A program made the position numbers and the translations under genes. Below the pieces are notes generated by a model. It made no database searches. It had not been told where the DNA came from and saw nothing but the letters and a program-made list of their open reading frames with translations. 64,000 bases of DNA from Macrostomum lignano (lineage: Eukaryota), in assembly GCA_002269645.1 (NCBI GenBank), contig NIVC01000404.1, forward strand, positions 1 to 64,000. The letters run 5' to 3'. Positions 1 through 18,410 of this stretch are shown here, one piece after another. The first letter of the stretch is position 1. The number at the start of each line of letters is the position of its first letter.

Positions 1-3000
1 TAGCAGTAGCTTTGGCGGCCTATTAGCAGTAGCTTTGGCGCTCTATTAGCAGTAGCTTTGGCGCTCTATTAGCAGTAGCTTTGGCGCTCTATTAGCAGTA
101 GCTTTGGCGCTCTATTAGCAGTAGCTTTGGCGCTCTATTAGCAGTAGCTTTGGCCCTATTAGCAGTAGCTTTGGCGCCTATTAGCAGTAGCTTTGGTGCC
201 TATTAGCAGTAGCTTTGGCGCTCTATTAGCAGTAGCTTTGGTGCCTATTAGCAGTAGCTTTAGCGCTCTATTAGCAGTAGCTTTGGCGCTCTATTAGCAG
301 TAGCTTTGGCGCCCTATTAGCAGTAGCTTTGGCGCTCTATTAGCAGTAGCTTTGGTGCCTATTAGCAGTAGCTTTGGCGCCTATTAGCAGTAGCTTTGGC
401 GCTCTATTAGCAGTAGCTTTGGTGCTATTAGCAGTAGCTTTGGTGCTCTATTAGCAGTAGCTTTGGCGCCCTATTAGCAGTAGCTTTGGTGCCTATTAGC
501 AGTAGCTTTGGTGCCCTATTAGCAGTAGCTTTGGCGCCTATTAGCAGTAGCTTTGGCGCTCTATTAGCAGTAGCTTTGGCGCCTATTAGCAGTAGCTTTG
601 CGCTCTATTAGCAGTAGCTTTGGTGCCCTATTAGCAGTAGCTTTGGCGCCCTATTAGCAGTAGCTTTGGCGCCTATTAGCAGTAGCTTTGGCGCTCTATT
701 AGCAGTAGCTTTGGCCCTATTAGCAGTAGCTTTGGGCTCTATTAGCAGTAGCTTTGGCTGCCTATTAGCAGTAGCTTTGGTGCCTATTAGCAGTAGCTTT
801 GGCGCCTTATTAGCAGTAGCTTTGGCGCTCTATTAGCAGTAGCTTTGGTGCCTATTAGCAGTAGCTTTGGCGCCTATTAGCAGTAGCTTTGGCGCTCTAT
901 TAGCAGTAGCTTTGGCGCTCTATTAGCAGTAGCTTTGGCGCCTCTATTAGCAGTAGCTTTGGCGCTCTATTAGCAGTAGCTTTGGCGCCTATTAGCAGTA
1001 GCTTTGGCGCTCTATTAGCAGTAGCTTTGGCGCTCTATTAGCAGTAGCTTTGGCGCTCTATTAGCAGTAGCTTTGGCGCCTATTAGCAGTAGCTTTGGCG
1101 CTCTATTAGCAGTAGCTTTGGCGCTCTATTAGCAGTAGCTTTGGCCCCTATTAGCAGTAGCTTTGGCGCTCTATTAGCAGTAGCTTTGGCGCTCTATTAG
1201 CAGTAGCTTTGGCGCTCTATTAGCAGTAGCTTTGGCGCCTATTAGCAGTAGCTTTGGCGCTCTATTAGCAGTAGCTTTGGCGCCTATTAGCAGTAGCTTT
1301 GGCGCTCTATTAGCAGTAGCTTTGGCGCTCTATTAGCAGTAGCTTTGGCGCTCTATTAGCAGTAGCTTTGGTGCCCTATTAGCAGTAGCTTTGGCCCTAT
1401 TAGCAGTAGCTTTGGCGCCTATTAGCAGTAGCTTTGGCGCTCTATTAGCAGTAGCTTTGGCGCCTATTAGCAGTAGCTTTGGCGCTCTATTAGCAGTAGC
1501 TTTGGCGCCTATTAGCAGTAGCTTTGGCGCTCTATTAGCAGTAGCTTTGGCGCTCTATTAGCAGTAGCTTTGGCGCTCTATTAGCAGTAGCTTTGGGCGC
1601 TATTAGCAGTAGCTTTGGCGCTCTATTAGCAGTAGCTTTGGTGCTCTATTAGCAGTAGCTTTGGCGCCTCTATTAGCAGTAGCTTTGGCGCTCTATTAGC
1701 AGTAGCTTTGGCGCCTCTATTAGCAGTAGCTTTGGCGCTCTATTAGCAGTAGCTTTGGCGCCTATTAGCAGTAGCTTTGGCGCTCTATTAGCAGTAGCTT
1801 TGGCGCCTATTAGCAGTAGCTTTGGCTCCCTATTAGCAGTAGCTTTGGCGCTCTATTAGCAGTAGCTTTGGCGCCTATTAGCAGTAGCTTTGGCGCCTAT
1901 TAGCAGTAGCTTTGGCGCCTATTAGCAGTAGCTTTGGCGCTCTATTAGCAGTAGCTTTGGCGCTCTATTAGCAGTAGCTTTGGCGCCTATTAGCAGTAGC
2001 TTTGGCGCCTATTAGCAGTAGCTTTGGCGCTCTATTAGCAGTAGCTTTGGTGCCTATTAGCAGTAGCTTTGGCGCCTATTAGCAGTAGCTTTGGCGCTCT
2101 ATTAGCAGTAGCTTTGGCGCTCTATTAGCAGTAGCTTTGGCGCCTTATTAGCAGTAGCTTTGGCGCTATTAGCAGTAGCTTTGGCGCCTATTAGCAGTAG
2201 CTTTGGCGCCTATTAGCAGTAGCTTTGCGCCTATTAGCAGTAGCTTTGGCGCTCTATTAGCAGTAGCTTTGGCGCCCTATTAGCAGTAGCTTTGGCGCCC
2301 TATTAGCAGTAGCTTTGGCGCCCTATTAGCAGTAGCTTTGGCGCTCTATTAGCAGTAGCTTTGGCGCTCTATTAGCAGTAGCTTTGGCGCTCTATTAGCA
2401 GTAGCTTTGGCGCCTATTAGCAGTAGCTTTGGCGCTCTATTAGCAGTAGCTTTGGCGCTCTATTAGCAGTAGCTTTGGCGTCTATTAGCAGTAGCTTTGG
2501 CGCCTATTAGCAGTAGCTTTGGCGCTCTATTAGCAGTAGCTTTGGCGCCTATTAGCAGTAGCTTTGGCGCCTATTAGCAGTAGCTTTGGCGCCTATTAGC
2601 AGTAGCTTTGGCGCCTATTAGCAGTAGCTTTGGCGCCTATTAGCAGTAGCTTTGGCGCTTATTAGCAGTAGCTTTGGCGCCTATTAGCAGTAGCTTTGGC
2701 GCTCTATTAGCAGTAGCTTTGGCGCTCTATTAGCAGTAGCTTTGGCGCTCTATTAGCAGTAGCTTTGGCGCTATTAGCAGTAGCTTTGGCGCCTATTAGC
2801 AGTAGCTTTGGCGCTCTATTAGCAGTAGCTTTGGCGCTCTATTAGCAGTAGCTTTGGCGCTCTATTAGCAGTAGCTTTGGCGCTCTATTAGCAGTAGCTT
2901 TGGCGCTCTATTAGCAGTAGCTTTGGCGCCTATTAGCAGTAGCTTTGGCGCTCTATTAGCAGTAGCTTTGGCGCTCTATTAGCAGTAGCTTTGGCGCTCT

Positions 3001-6000
3001 ATTAGCAGTAGCTTTGGCGCTCTATTAGCAGTAGCTTTGGCGCTCTATTAGCAGTAGCTTTGGCGCTCTATTAGCAGTAGCTTTGGCGCCTATTAGCAGT
3101 AGCTTTGGCGCTCTATTAGCAGTAGCTTTGGCGCTCTATTAGCAGTAGCTTTGGCGCCTATTAGCAGTAGCTTTGGCGCCTATTAGCAGTAGCTTTGGCG
3201 CCTATTAGCAGTAGCTTTGGTGCGCCTATTAGCAGTAGCTTTGGCGCCTATTAGCAGTAGCTTTGGCGCCTATTAGCAGTAGCTTTGGCGCTCTATTAGC
3301 AGTAGCTTTGGCGCTCTATTAGCAGTAGCTTTGGCGCTCTATTAGCAGTAGCTTTGGCGCTCTATTAGCAGTAGCTTTGGCGCTCTATTAGCAGTAGCTT
3401 TGGCGCTCTATTAGCAGTAGCTTTGGCGCTATTAGCAGTAGCTTTGGCGCTCTATTAGCAGTAGCTTTGGCGCTCTATTAGCAGTAGCTTTGGCGCTCTA
3501 TTAGCAGTAGCTTTGGCGCTCTATTAGCAGTAGCTTTGGCGCTCTATTAGCAGTAGCTTTGGCGCTCTATTAGCAGTAGCTTTGGCGCTCTATTAGCAGT
3601 AGCTTTGGCGCTCTATTAGCAGTAGCTTTGGCCCTATTAGCAGTAGCTTTGGCGCTCTATTAGCAGTAGCTTTGGCGCCTATTAGCAGTAGCTTTGGCGC
3701 TCTATTAGCAGTAGCTTTGGCGCTCTATTAGCAGTAGCTTTGGCGCTCTATTAGCAGTAGCTTTGGCGCTCTATTAGCAGTAGCTTTGGCGCCTATTAGC
3801 AGTAGCTTTGGCGCTCTATTAGCAGTAGCTTTGGTGCCTATTAGCAGTAGCTTTGGCCTATTAGCAGTAGCTTTGGCGCTCTATTAGCAGTAGCTTTGGC
3901 GCCTATTAGCAGTAGCTTTGGTGCCCTATTAGCAGTAGCTTTGGTGCTCTATTAGCAGTAGCTTTGGTCCCATATTAGCAGTAGCTTTGGTGCCCTATTA
4001 GCAGTAGCTTTGGTGCCTATTAGCAGTAGCTTTGGCGCTATTAGCAGTAGCTTTGGTGCCCTATTAGCAGTAGCTTTGGTGCCTATTAGCAGTAGCTTTG
4101 GTGCCTATTAGCAGTAGCTTTGGTGCCCTATTAGCAGTAGCTTTGGCGCCTATTAGCAGTAGCTTTGGCGCCTATTAGCAGTAGCTTTGGTGCCTATTAG
4201 CAGTAGCTTTGGCGCCTATTAGCAGTAGCTTTGGTGCCTATTAGCAGTAGCTTTGGTGCCTATTAGCAGTAGCTTTGGTGCCCTATTAGCAGTAGCTTTG
4301 GCGCCTATTAGCAGTAGCTTTGGCGCCTATTAGCAGTAGCTTTGGCGCCTATTAGCAGTAGCTTTGGTGCTCTATTAGCAGTAGCTTTGGTGCCCTATTA
4401 GCAGTAGCTTTGGCGCTCTATTAGCAGTAGCTTTGGTGCCCTATTAGCAGTAGCTTTGGCGCTCTATTAGCAGTAGCTTTGGTGCCTATTAGCAGTAGCT
4501 TTGGCGCTCTATTAGCAGTAGCTTTGGCGCTCTATTAGCAGTAGCTTTGGCGCCTATTAGCAGTAGCTTTGGCGCCTATTAGCAGTAGCTTTGGCGCTCT
4601 ATTAGCAGTAGCTTTGGCGCTATTAGCAGTAGCTTTGGCGCTCTATTAGCAGTAGCTTTGGCGCTCTATTAGCAGTAGCTTTGGCGCTCTATTAGCAGTA
4701 GCTTTGGCGCTCTATTAGCAGTAGCTTTGGCGCTATTAGCAGTAGCTTTGGCGCTCTATTAGCAGTAGCTTTGGCGCTCTATTAGCAGTAGCTTTGGCGC
4801 TCTATTAGCAGTAGCTTTGGCGCTCTATTAGCAGTAGCTTTGGCGCTCTATTAGCAGTAGCTTTGGCGCTATTAGCAGTAGCTTTGGCGCTCTATTAGCA
4901 GTAGCTTTGGCGCCTATTAGCAGTAGCTTTGGCTCTATTAGCAGTAGCTTTGGCGCTCTATTAGCAGTAGCTTTGGCGCTATTAGCAGTAGCTTTGGCGC
5001 CTATTAGCAGTAGCTTTGGCGCTCTATTAGCAGTAGCTTTGGCGCCTATTAGCAGTAGCTTTGGCGCTATATTAGCAGTAGCTTTGGCGCTCTATTAGCA
5101 GTAGCTTTGGCGCTCTATTAGCAGTAGCTTTGGCGCTCTATTAGCAGTAGCTTTGGCGCTCTATTAGCAGTAGCTTTGGCGCTCTATTAGCAGTAGCTTT
5201 GGCGCTCTATTAGCAGTAGCTTTGGCGCTCTATTAGCAGTAGCTTTGGCGCTCTATTAGCAGTAGCTTTGGCGCTCTATTAGCAGTAGCTTTGGCGCCTA
5301 TTAGCAGTAGCTTTGGCGCTCTATTAGCAGTAGCTTTGGCGCTCTATTAGCAGTAGCTTTGGCGCCTATTAGCAGTAGCTTTGGCGCCTATTAGCAGTAG
5401 CTTTGGTGCCTATTAGCAGTAGCTTTGGCGCCTATTAGCAGTAGCTTTGGCGCCTATTAGCAGTAGCTTTGGCGCTCTATTAGCAGTAGCTTTGGCGCTC
5501 TATTAGCAGTAGCTTTGGCGCTCTATTAGCAGTAGCTTTGGCGCTCTATTAGCAGTAGCTTTGGCGCTCTATTAGCAGTAGCTTTGGCGCTCTATTAGCA
5601 GTAGCTTTGGCGCTCTATTAGCAGTAGCTTTGGCGCTCTATTAGCAGTAGCTTTGGCGCTCTATTAGCAGTAGCTTTGGCGCTCTATTAGCAGTAGCTTT
5701 GGCGCTCTATTAGCAGTAGCTTTGGCGCTCTATTAGCAGTAGCTTTGGCGCTCTATTAGCAGTAGCTTTGGCGCTCTATTAGCAGTAGCTTTGGCGCTCT
5801 ATTAGCAGTAGCTTTGGCGCTCTATTAGCAGTAGCTTTGGCGCTCTATTAGCAGTAGCTTTGGCGCTCTATTAGCAGTAGCTTTGGCGCTCTATTAGCAG
5901 TAGCTTTGGCGCTCTATTAGCAGTAGCTTTGGCGCTCTATTAGCAGTAGCTTTGGCGCTCTATTAGCAGTAGCTTTGGCGCTCTATTAGCAGTAGCTTTG

Positions 6001-9000
6001 GCGCTCTATTAGCAGTAGCTTTGGCGCTCTATTAGCAGTAGCTTTGGCGCTCTATTAGCAGTAGCTTTGGCGCTCTATTAGCAGTAGCTTTGGCGCTCTA
6101 TTAGCAGTAGCTTTGGCGCTCTATTAGCAGTAGCTTTGGCGCTCTATTAGCAGTAGCTTTGGCGCTCTATTAGCAGTAGCTTTGGCGCTCTATTAGCAGT
6201 AGCTTTGGCGCTCTATTAGCAGTAGCTTTGGCGCTCTATTAGCAGTAGCTTTGGCGCTCTATTAGCAGTAGCTTTGGCGCTCTATTAGCAGTAGCTTTGG
6301 CGCCTCTATTAGCAGTAGCTTTGGCGCTCTATTAGCAGTAGCTTTGGCGCTCTATTAGCAGTAGCTTTGGCGCTCTATTAGCAGTAGCTTTGGCGCTCTA
6401 TTAGCAGTAGCTTTGGCGCTCTATTAGCAGTAGCTTTGGCGCTCTATTAGCAGTAGCTTTGGCGCTCTATTAGCAGTAGCTTTGGCGCTCTATTAGCAGT
6501 AGCTTTGGCGCTCTATTAGCAGTAGCTTTGGCGCTCTATTAGCAGTAGCTTTGGCGCTCTATTAGCAGTAGCTTTGGCGCTCTATTAGCAGTAGCTTTGG
6601 CGCTCTATTAGCAGTAGCTTTGGCGCTCTATTAGCAGTAGCTTTGGCGCTCTATTAGCAGTAGCTTTGGCGCTCTATTAGCAGTAGCTTTGGCGCTCTAT
6701 TAGCAGTAGCTTTGGCGCTCTATTAGCAGTAGCTTTGGCGCTCTATTAGCAGTAGCTTTGGCGCTCTATTAGCAGTAGCTTTGGCGCTCTATTAGCAGTA
6801 GCTTTGGCCCTATTAGCAGTAGCTTTGGCCCTATTAGCAGTAGCTTTGGCGCTCTATTAGCAGTAGCTTTGGCGCTCTATTAGCAGTAGCTTTGGCGCTC
6901 TATTAGCAGTAGCTTTGGCGCTCTATTAGCAGTAGCTTTGGCGCTATTAGCAGTAGCTTTGGCGCTCTATTAGCAGTAGCTTTGGCGCCTATTAGCAGTA
7001 GCTTTGGCGCCTATTAGCAGTAGCTTTGGCGCCTATTAGCAGTAGCTTTGGCGCTCTATTAGCAGTAGCTTTGGCGCCTATTAGCAGTAGCTTTGGCGCT
7101 CTATTAGCAGTAGCTTTGGCGCTCTATTAGCAGTAGCTTTGGCGCTCTATTAGCAGTAGCTTTGGTGCCTATTAGCAGTAGCTTTGGCGCTATTAGCAGT
7201 AGCTTTGGCGCCTATTAGCAGTAGCTTTGGTGCCCTATTAGCAGTAGCTTTGGTGCCTATTAGCAGTAGCTTTGGTGCCCTATTAGCAGTAGCTTTGGCG
7301 CCTATTAGCAGTAGCTTTGGCGCCTATTAGCAGTAGCTTTGGCGCCTATTAGCAGTAGCTTTGGCGCTCTATTAGCAGTAGCTTTGGCGCCTATTAGCAG
7401 TAGCTTTGGTGCCCTATTAGCAGTAGCTTTGGTGCCTATTAGCAGTAGCTTTGGTGCCCTATTAGCAGTAGCTTTGGTGCCTATTAGCAGTAGCTTTGGC
7501 GCTCTATTAGCAGTAGCTTTGGCGCTCTATTAGCAGTAGCTTTGGCGCTCTATTAGCAGTAGCTTTGGCGCTCTATTAGCAGTAGCTTTGGCGCTCTATT
7601 AGCAGTAGCTTTGGCGCTCTATTAGCAGTAGCTTTGGCGCTATTAGCAGTAGCTTTGGCGCTCTATTAGCAGTAGCTTTGGCGCTCTATTAGCAGTAGCT
7701 TTGGTGCCTATTAGCAGTAGCTTTGGCGCTCTATTAGCAGTAGCTTTGGTGCCTATTAGCAGTAGCTTTGGCGCTCTATTAGCAGTAGCTTTGGCGCTCT
7801 ATTAGCAGTAGCTTTGGCGCCTATTAGCAGTAGCTTTGGCGCTCTATTAGCAGTAGCTTTGGCTCTATTAGCAGTAGCTTTGGCGCTCTATTAGCAGTAG
7901 CTTTGGCGCTCTATTAGCAGTAGCTTTGGTGCTCTATTAGCAGTAGCTTTGGTGCCTATTAGCAGTAGCTTTGGCCCTATTAGCAGTAGCTTTGGTGCCC
8001 TATTAGCAGTAGCTTTGGTGCCTATTAGCAGTAGCTTTGGTGCCTATTAGCAGTAGCTTTGGTGCTCTATTAGCAGTAGCTTTGGCGCTCTATTAGCAGT
8101 AGCTTTGGCGCCTATTAGCAGTAGCTTTGGTGCCTATTAGCAGTAGCTTTGGTGCCTATTAGCAGTAGCTTTGGTGCCCTATTAGCAGTAGCTTTGGTGC
8201 CTATTAGCAGTAGCTTTGGTGCCCTATTAGCAGTAGCTTTGGTGCCTATTAGCAGTAGCTTTGGCGCTCTATTAGCAGTAGCTTTGGCGCCTATTAGCAG
8301 TAGCTTTGGTGCCCTATTAGCAGTAGCTTTGGCCCTATTAGCAGTAGCTTTGGTGCCCTATTAGCAGTAGCTTTGGTGCCCTATTAGCAGTAGCTTTGGT
8401 CCCTATTAGCAGTAGCTTTGGCGCCTATTAGCAGTAGCTTTGGCGCTCTATTAGCAGTAGCTTTGGCGCTCTATTAGCAGTAGCTTTGGCGCTCTATTAG
8501 CAGTAGCTTTGGCGCTCTATTAGCAGTAGCTTTGGCGCTCTATTAGCAGTAGCTTTGGCGCTCTATTAGCAGTAGCTTTGGCGCTCTATTAGCAGTAGCT
8601 TTGGCGCTCTATTAGCAGTAGCTTTGGCGCTCTATTAGCAGTAGCTTTGGCGCTCTATTAGCAGTAGCTTTGGCGCTCTATTAGCAGTAGCTTTGGCGCT
8701 CTATTAGCAGTAGCTTTGGCGCTCTATTAGCAGTAGCTTTGGCGCTCTATTAGCAGTAGCTTTGGCGCTCTATTAGCAGTAGCTTTGGCGCTCTATTAGC
8801 AGTAGCTTTGGCGCTCTATTAGCAGTAGCTTTGGCGCTCTATTAGCAGTAGCTTTGGCGCTCTATTAGCAGTAGCTTTGGCGCTCTATTAGCAGTAGCTT
8901 TGGCGCTCTATTAGCAGTAGCTTTGGCGCTCTATTAGCAGTAGCTTTGGCGCTCTATTAGCAGTAGCTTTGGCGCTCTATTAGCAGTAGCTTTGGCGCTC

Positions 9001-11297
9001 TATTAGCAGTAGCTTTGGCGCTCTATTAGCAGTAGCTTTGGCGCTCTATTAGCAGTAGCTTTGGCGCTCTATTAGCAGTAGCTTTGGCGCTCTATTAGCA
9101 GTAGCTTTGGCGCTCTATTAGCAGTAGCTTTGGCGCTCTATTAGCAGTAGCTTTGGCGCTCTATTAGCAGTAGCTTTGGCGCTCTATTAGCAGTAGCTTT
9201 GGCGCTCTATTAGCAGTAGCTTTGGCGCTCTATTAGCAGTAGCTTTGGCGCTCTATTAGCAGTAGCTTTGGCGCCTATTAGCAGTAGCTTTGGCGCCTAT
9301 TAGCAGTAGCTTTGGTGCCTATTAGCAGTAGCTTTGGCGCTCTATTAGCAGTAGCTTTGGCTCTATTAGCAGTAGCTTTGGCGCTCTATTAGCAGTAGCT
9401 TTGGCGCTCTATTAGCAGTAGCTTTGGCGCTCTATTAGCAGTAGCTTTGGCGCTCTATTAGCAGTAGCTTTGGCGCTCTATTAGCAGTAGCTTTGGCGCT
9501 CTATTAGCAGTAGCTTTGGCGCTCTATTAGCAGTAGCTTTGGCGCTCTATTAGCAGTAGCTTTGGCGCTCTATTAGCAGTAGCTTTGGCGCTCTATTAGC
9601 AGTAGCTTTGGCCCTATTAGCAGTAGCTTTGGCGCTCTATTAGCAGTAGCTTTGGCGCTCTATTAGCAGTAGCTTTGGCGCTATTAGCAGTAGCTTTGGT
9701 GCCTATTAGCAGTAGCTTTGGCCCTATTAGCAGTAGCTTTGGTGCCCTATTAGCAGTAGCTTTGGTGCCCTATTAGCAGTAGCTTTGGTGCCCTATTAGC
9801 AGTAGCTTTGGTGCCTATTAGCAGTAGCTTTGGTGCCCTATTAGCAGTAGCTTTGGTGCCCTATTAGCAGTAGCTTTGGCGCCTATTAGCAGTAGCTTTG
9901 GCGCCTATTAGCAGTAGCTTTGGTGCCCTATTAGCAGTAGCTTTGGCCCTATTAGCAGTAGCTTTGGTGCCTATTAGCAGTAGCTTTGGTGCCTATTAGC
10001 AGTAGCTTTGGCGCCTATTAGCAGTAGCTTTGGCGCTCTATTAGCAGTAGCTTTGGCGCTCTATTAGCAGTAGCTTTGGCGCTCTATTAGCAGTAGCTTT
10101 GGCGCTCTATTAGCAGTAGCTTTGGCGCTCTATTAGCAGTAGCTTTGGCGCTCTATTAGCAGTAGCTTTGGCGCTCTATTAGCAGTAGCTTTGGCGCTCT
10201 ATTAGCAGTAGCTTTGGCGCTCTATTAGCAGTAGCTTTGGCCCTATTAGCAGTAGCTTTGGCGCTCTATTAGCAGTAGCTTTGGTGCCTATTAGCAGTAG
10301 CTTTGGCGCTCTATTAGCAGTAGCTTTGGCGCTCTATTAGCAGTAGCTTTGGCGCTCTATTAGCAGTAGCTTTGGCGCCTATTAGCAGTAGCTTTGGTGC
10401 CTATTAGCAGTAGCTTTGGTGCTCTATTAGCAGTAGCTTTGGCGCTCTATTAGCAGTAGCTTTGGCGCTCTATTAGCAGTAGCTTTGGTGCCTATTAGCA
10501 GTAGCTTTGGTGCCCTATTAGCAGTAGCTTTGGTGCCCTATTAGCAGTAGCTTTGGTGCCCTATTAGCAGTAGCTTTGGTGCCTATTAGCAGTAGCTTTG
10601 GTCTATTAGCAGTAGCTTTGGTGCCTATTAGCAGTAGCTTTGGTGCCTATTAGCAGTAGCTTTGGTGCCCTATTAGCAGTAGCTTTGGTGCCCTATTAGC
10701 AGTAGCTTTGGTGCCCTATTAGCAGTAGCTTTGGTGCCCTATTAGCAGTAGCTTTGGTGCCTATTAGCAGTAGCTTTGGTGCCCTATTAGCAGTAGCTTT
10801 GGTGCCTATTAGCAGTAGCTTTGGTGCCTATTAGCAGTAGCTTTGGTGCCCTATTAGCAGTAGCTTTGGTGCCCTATTAGCAGTAGCTTTGGTGCCCTAT
10901 TAGCAGTAGCTTTGGTGCCCTATTAGCAGTAGCTTTGGTGCCCTATTAGCAGTAGCTTTGGCGCTCTATTAGCAGTAGCTTTGGCGCTCTATTAGCAGTA
11001 GCTTTGGTGCCTATTAGCAGTAGCTTTGGTGCTATTAGCAGTAGCTTTGGTGCCTATTAGCAGTAGCTTTGGCGCTCTATTAGCAGTAGCTTTGGCGCTC
11101 TATTAGCAGTAGCTTTGGCGCTCTATTAGCAGTAGCTTTGGCGCTCTATTAGCAGTAGCTTTGGTCTATTAGCAGTAGCTTTGGCGCTCTATTAGCAGTA
11201 GCTTTGGTGCCCTATTAGCAGTAGCTTTGGTGCCCTATTAGCAGTAGCTTTGGTCCCCTATTAGCAGTAGCTTTGGCGCTCGATTAGCAGTAGCTTT
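1..11297. repeat. 23-bp satellite array, consensus CTATTAGCAGTAGCTTTGGCGCT, roughly 490-500 copies, open at the window start
   Basis: Uninterrupted head-to-tail units. The core TATTAGCAGTAGCTTT is constant by eye, and only the GGCGCT/GGCGC/GGTGC/GGTGCC spacer varies. The array ends about 80 nt before the acceptor at 11376-11377. Confidence 0.98.
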
Positions 11298-11377
11298 ATT
11301 TATCTTAAAAAAACAGGTAGCTTAACCACCTGCTTTCTTATTTGGAGTCTACTAACTCACTTCATTATTAATTTTAG

Positions 11378-16526
<5,149 letters not shown>

Positions 16527-17279
16527 TGCATCGCCTCGACGCGTTCTAGCAGTATTTAGTACACATTTACTAAACCTTTGAGTGCGCCTTGGGAGTTTAT
16601 TACTCTAAAAAATGTACTCTTATCTCGTACGAGGCTGTACGAAGCTTAGCTATCTAAAATGCTTCCGCTGCGATACATATGCTTGCTCTACTTATGAGTA
16701 AGCGAATCGCAAATTAGCACTATATTTGCTAATAAGATTTCTAATCTCTATTTCGCATCAATTTCTAAATTCCCGTGCCTGATTCGGGTTTGAACTGAGT
16801 CTGCATTGAAAGGTAAATTTTCTTGCACTTTAATCTGCTTATTTGACTTTCTCTGGCCTGTTTTAATAATTAAAATAGTACTCTTACTTGGGAATGTTTG
16901 TTGCGGTGACAGTTGAAAGTGTTTCTTTGTTTGACTGTCTGAATGTCTGGCTTAACAGAAGCAGTCTTAGAGACTACTCAAAGCCAGTCAACTCGAAGTT
17001 TTCTTCGCAACTGACAGTTGAGAATCAATAATGGTTTTCTTGATGGTCTTCTTTAGAAAGCCATGGAAATATGATAAACTATATTTGACTTTTAACCTGT
17101 CAGCTTGAGAAATTGTACCATCTATTTCAGACGAAAAAGGTTTTTCGCTTGTGTTTTCTATTAGTATGAGAAATGTGCGTGCAACAAGGTCACCGCCTTC
17201 CATTATGGAAAAGTAAATAACCAGGGACCCTTCAGTCTTGCATACATAATTACTGAAAGATTAACTCGCATTATTTCCC

Positions 17280-17937
17280 TTAATCTGGATGATTAACCTG
17301 TATTCTTTCCTGATATCTGGATGATTAACCTGTATTCTTTCCTGTAAACTGGATGATTAACCTATATTCTTACCTGTAATCGAGAAGATTAACCTGTCTT
17401 CTTTCCTGATATCTGGATAATTAACATGTATTCTTTCTTTCCTGTAATCTGGATGATTAACCTGTATTCTTTCCTGTAAACTGGATGATTAACCTATATT
17501 CTTACCTGTAATCGAGAAGATTAACCTGTCTTCTTTCCTGATATCTGGATAATTAACATGTATTCTTTCTTTCCTGTTAACTGGATGATTAACCTGTATT
17601 CTTGCCTGTAATCTGGAAGAGTAACCTGTATTCTTTCCTGTAATCTGGAAGAATAACCTGTATTCCTACCTGTAAACTTGAAGATTAATCTGTATTCCTA
17701 CCTGTAATCTGGAAGATTAGTCTGTATTTTTACCTGTAAACTGGATGATTAACCTGTATTCTTACCTATAATCTGGAAGATTAACATGTATTCCTACCTT
17801 TCATCTGGAAGATTAACCTGTAATCTGGAAGATTAACCTGTAATCTGGAAGATTAACCTGTAATCTGGAAGATTAACCTGTAATCTGGAAGATTAACCTG
17901 CAATCTGGAAGATTAACCTGTAATCTGGAAGATTAAA
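17280..17937. repeat. Degenerate ~32-bp minisatellite (CTGTAATCTGGATGATTAACCTGTATTCTTTC) collapsing to a 20-bp unit at its 3' end
   Basis: Repeated TCTGGA(T/A)GATTAACCTGTA motif. A pure 20-bp CTGTAATCTGGAAGATTAAC run occupies about 17805-17937. Confidence 0.9.
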
Positions 17938-18410
17938 TTGTAATTATTCATGTATCCGCAAGAATAATCTATGTTATTAGCATATATTTCGCTAGCTATA
18001 TGAATTTGACCAAATATAGAAATAGACTGAATCCTTTTGTGCAGCCTGTTTCTCCATAGCTTACATATCTGCCGTAGCCCTGGCTCATTCGATTGGTCAT
18101 TTCTCTTGCCTCATTGATTTACTTAATGGCATTTTTTAGCCAATTAGTCATGCTCCATTGCAGGAGAATAGCTCACTGAGGTATAAGGGTTCATGGGAAA
18201 CCACTCGAGTCTAAAGCCACTCTAAACTATTCTTGAGGCTTTATTGGCTGAGCAGTTCTCAAGCCTTAGCTAAATGCCATCCAATAGGCAAGCAGTCAAC
18301 TCGAGACTTTAAAAGTCTTGCCGATGCGCACAGCAGTTGTACACTTAATCTAAGTAATAGATTATACAGTTTTAAAGTACGAGATTGTCTACAAACAATT
18401 AGATCGCAAC

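Noticed and set aside
1-11297. CRISPR-like repeat-spacer array
   Set aside because: The variable part is only 4-8 nt of small variants of one sequence, not unique spacers. There are no cas genes and the context is eukaryotic.
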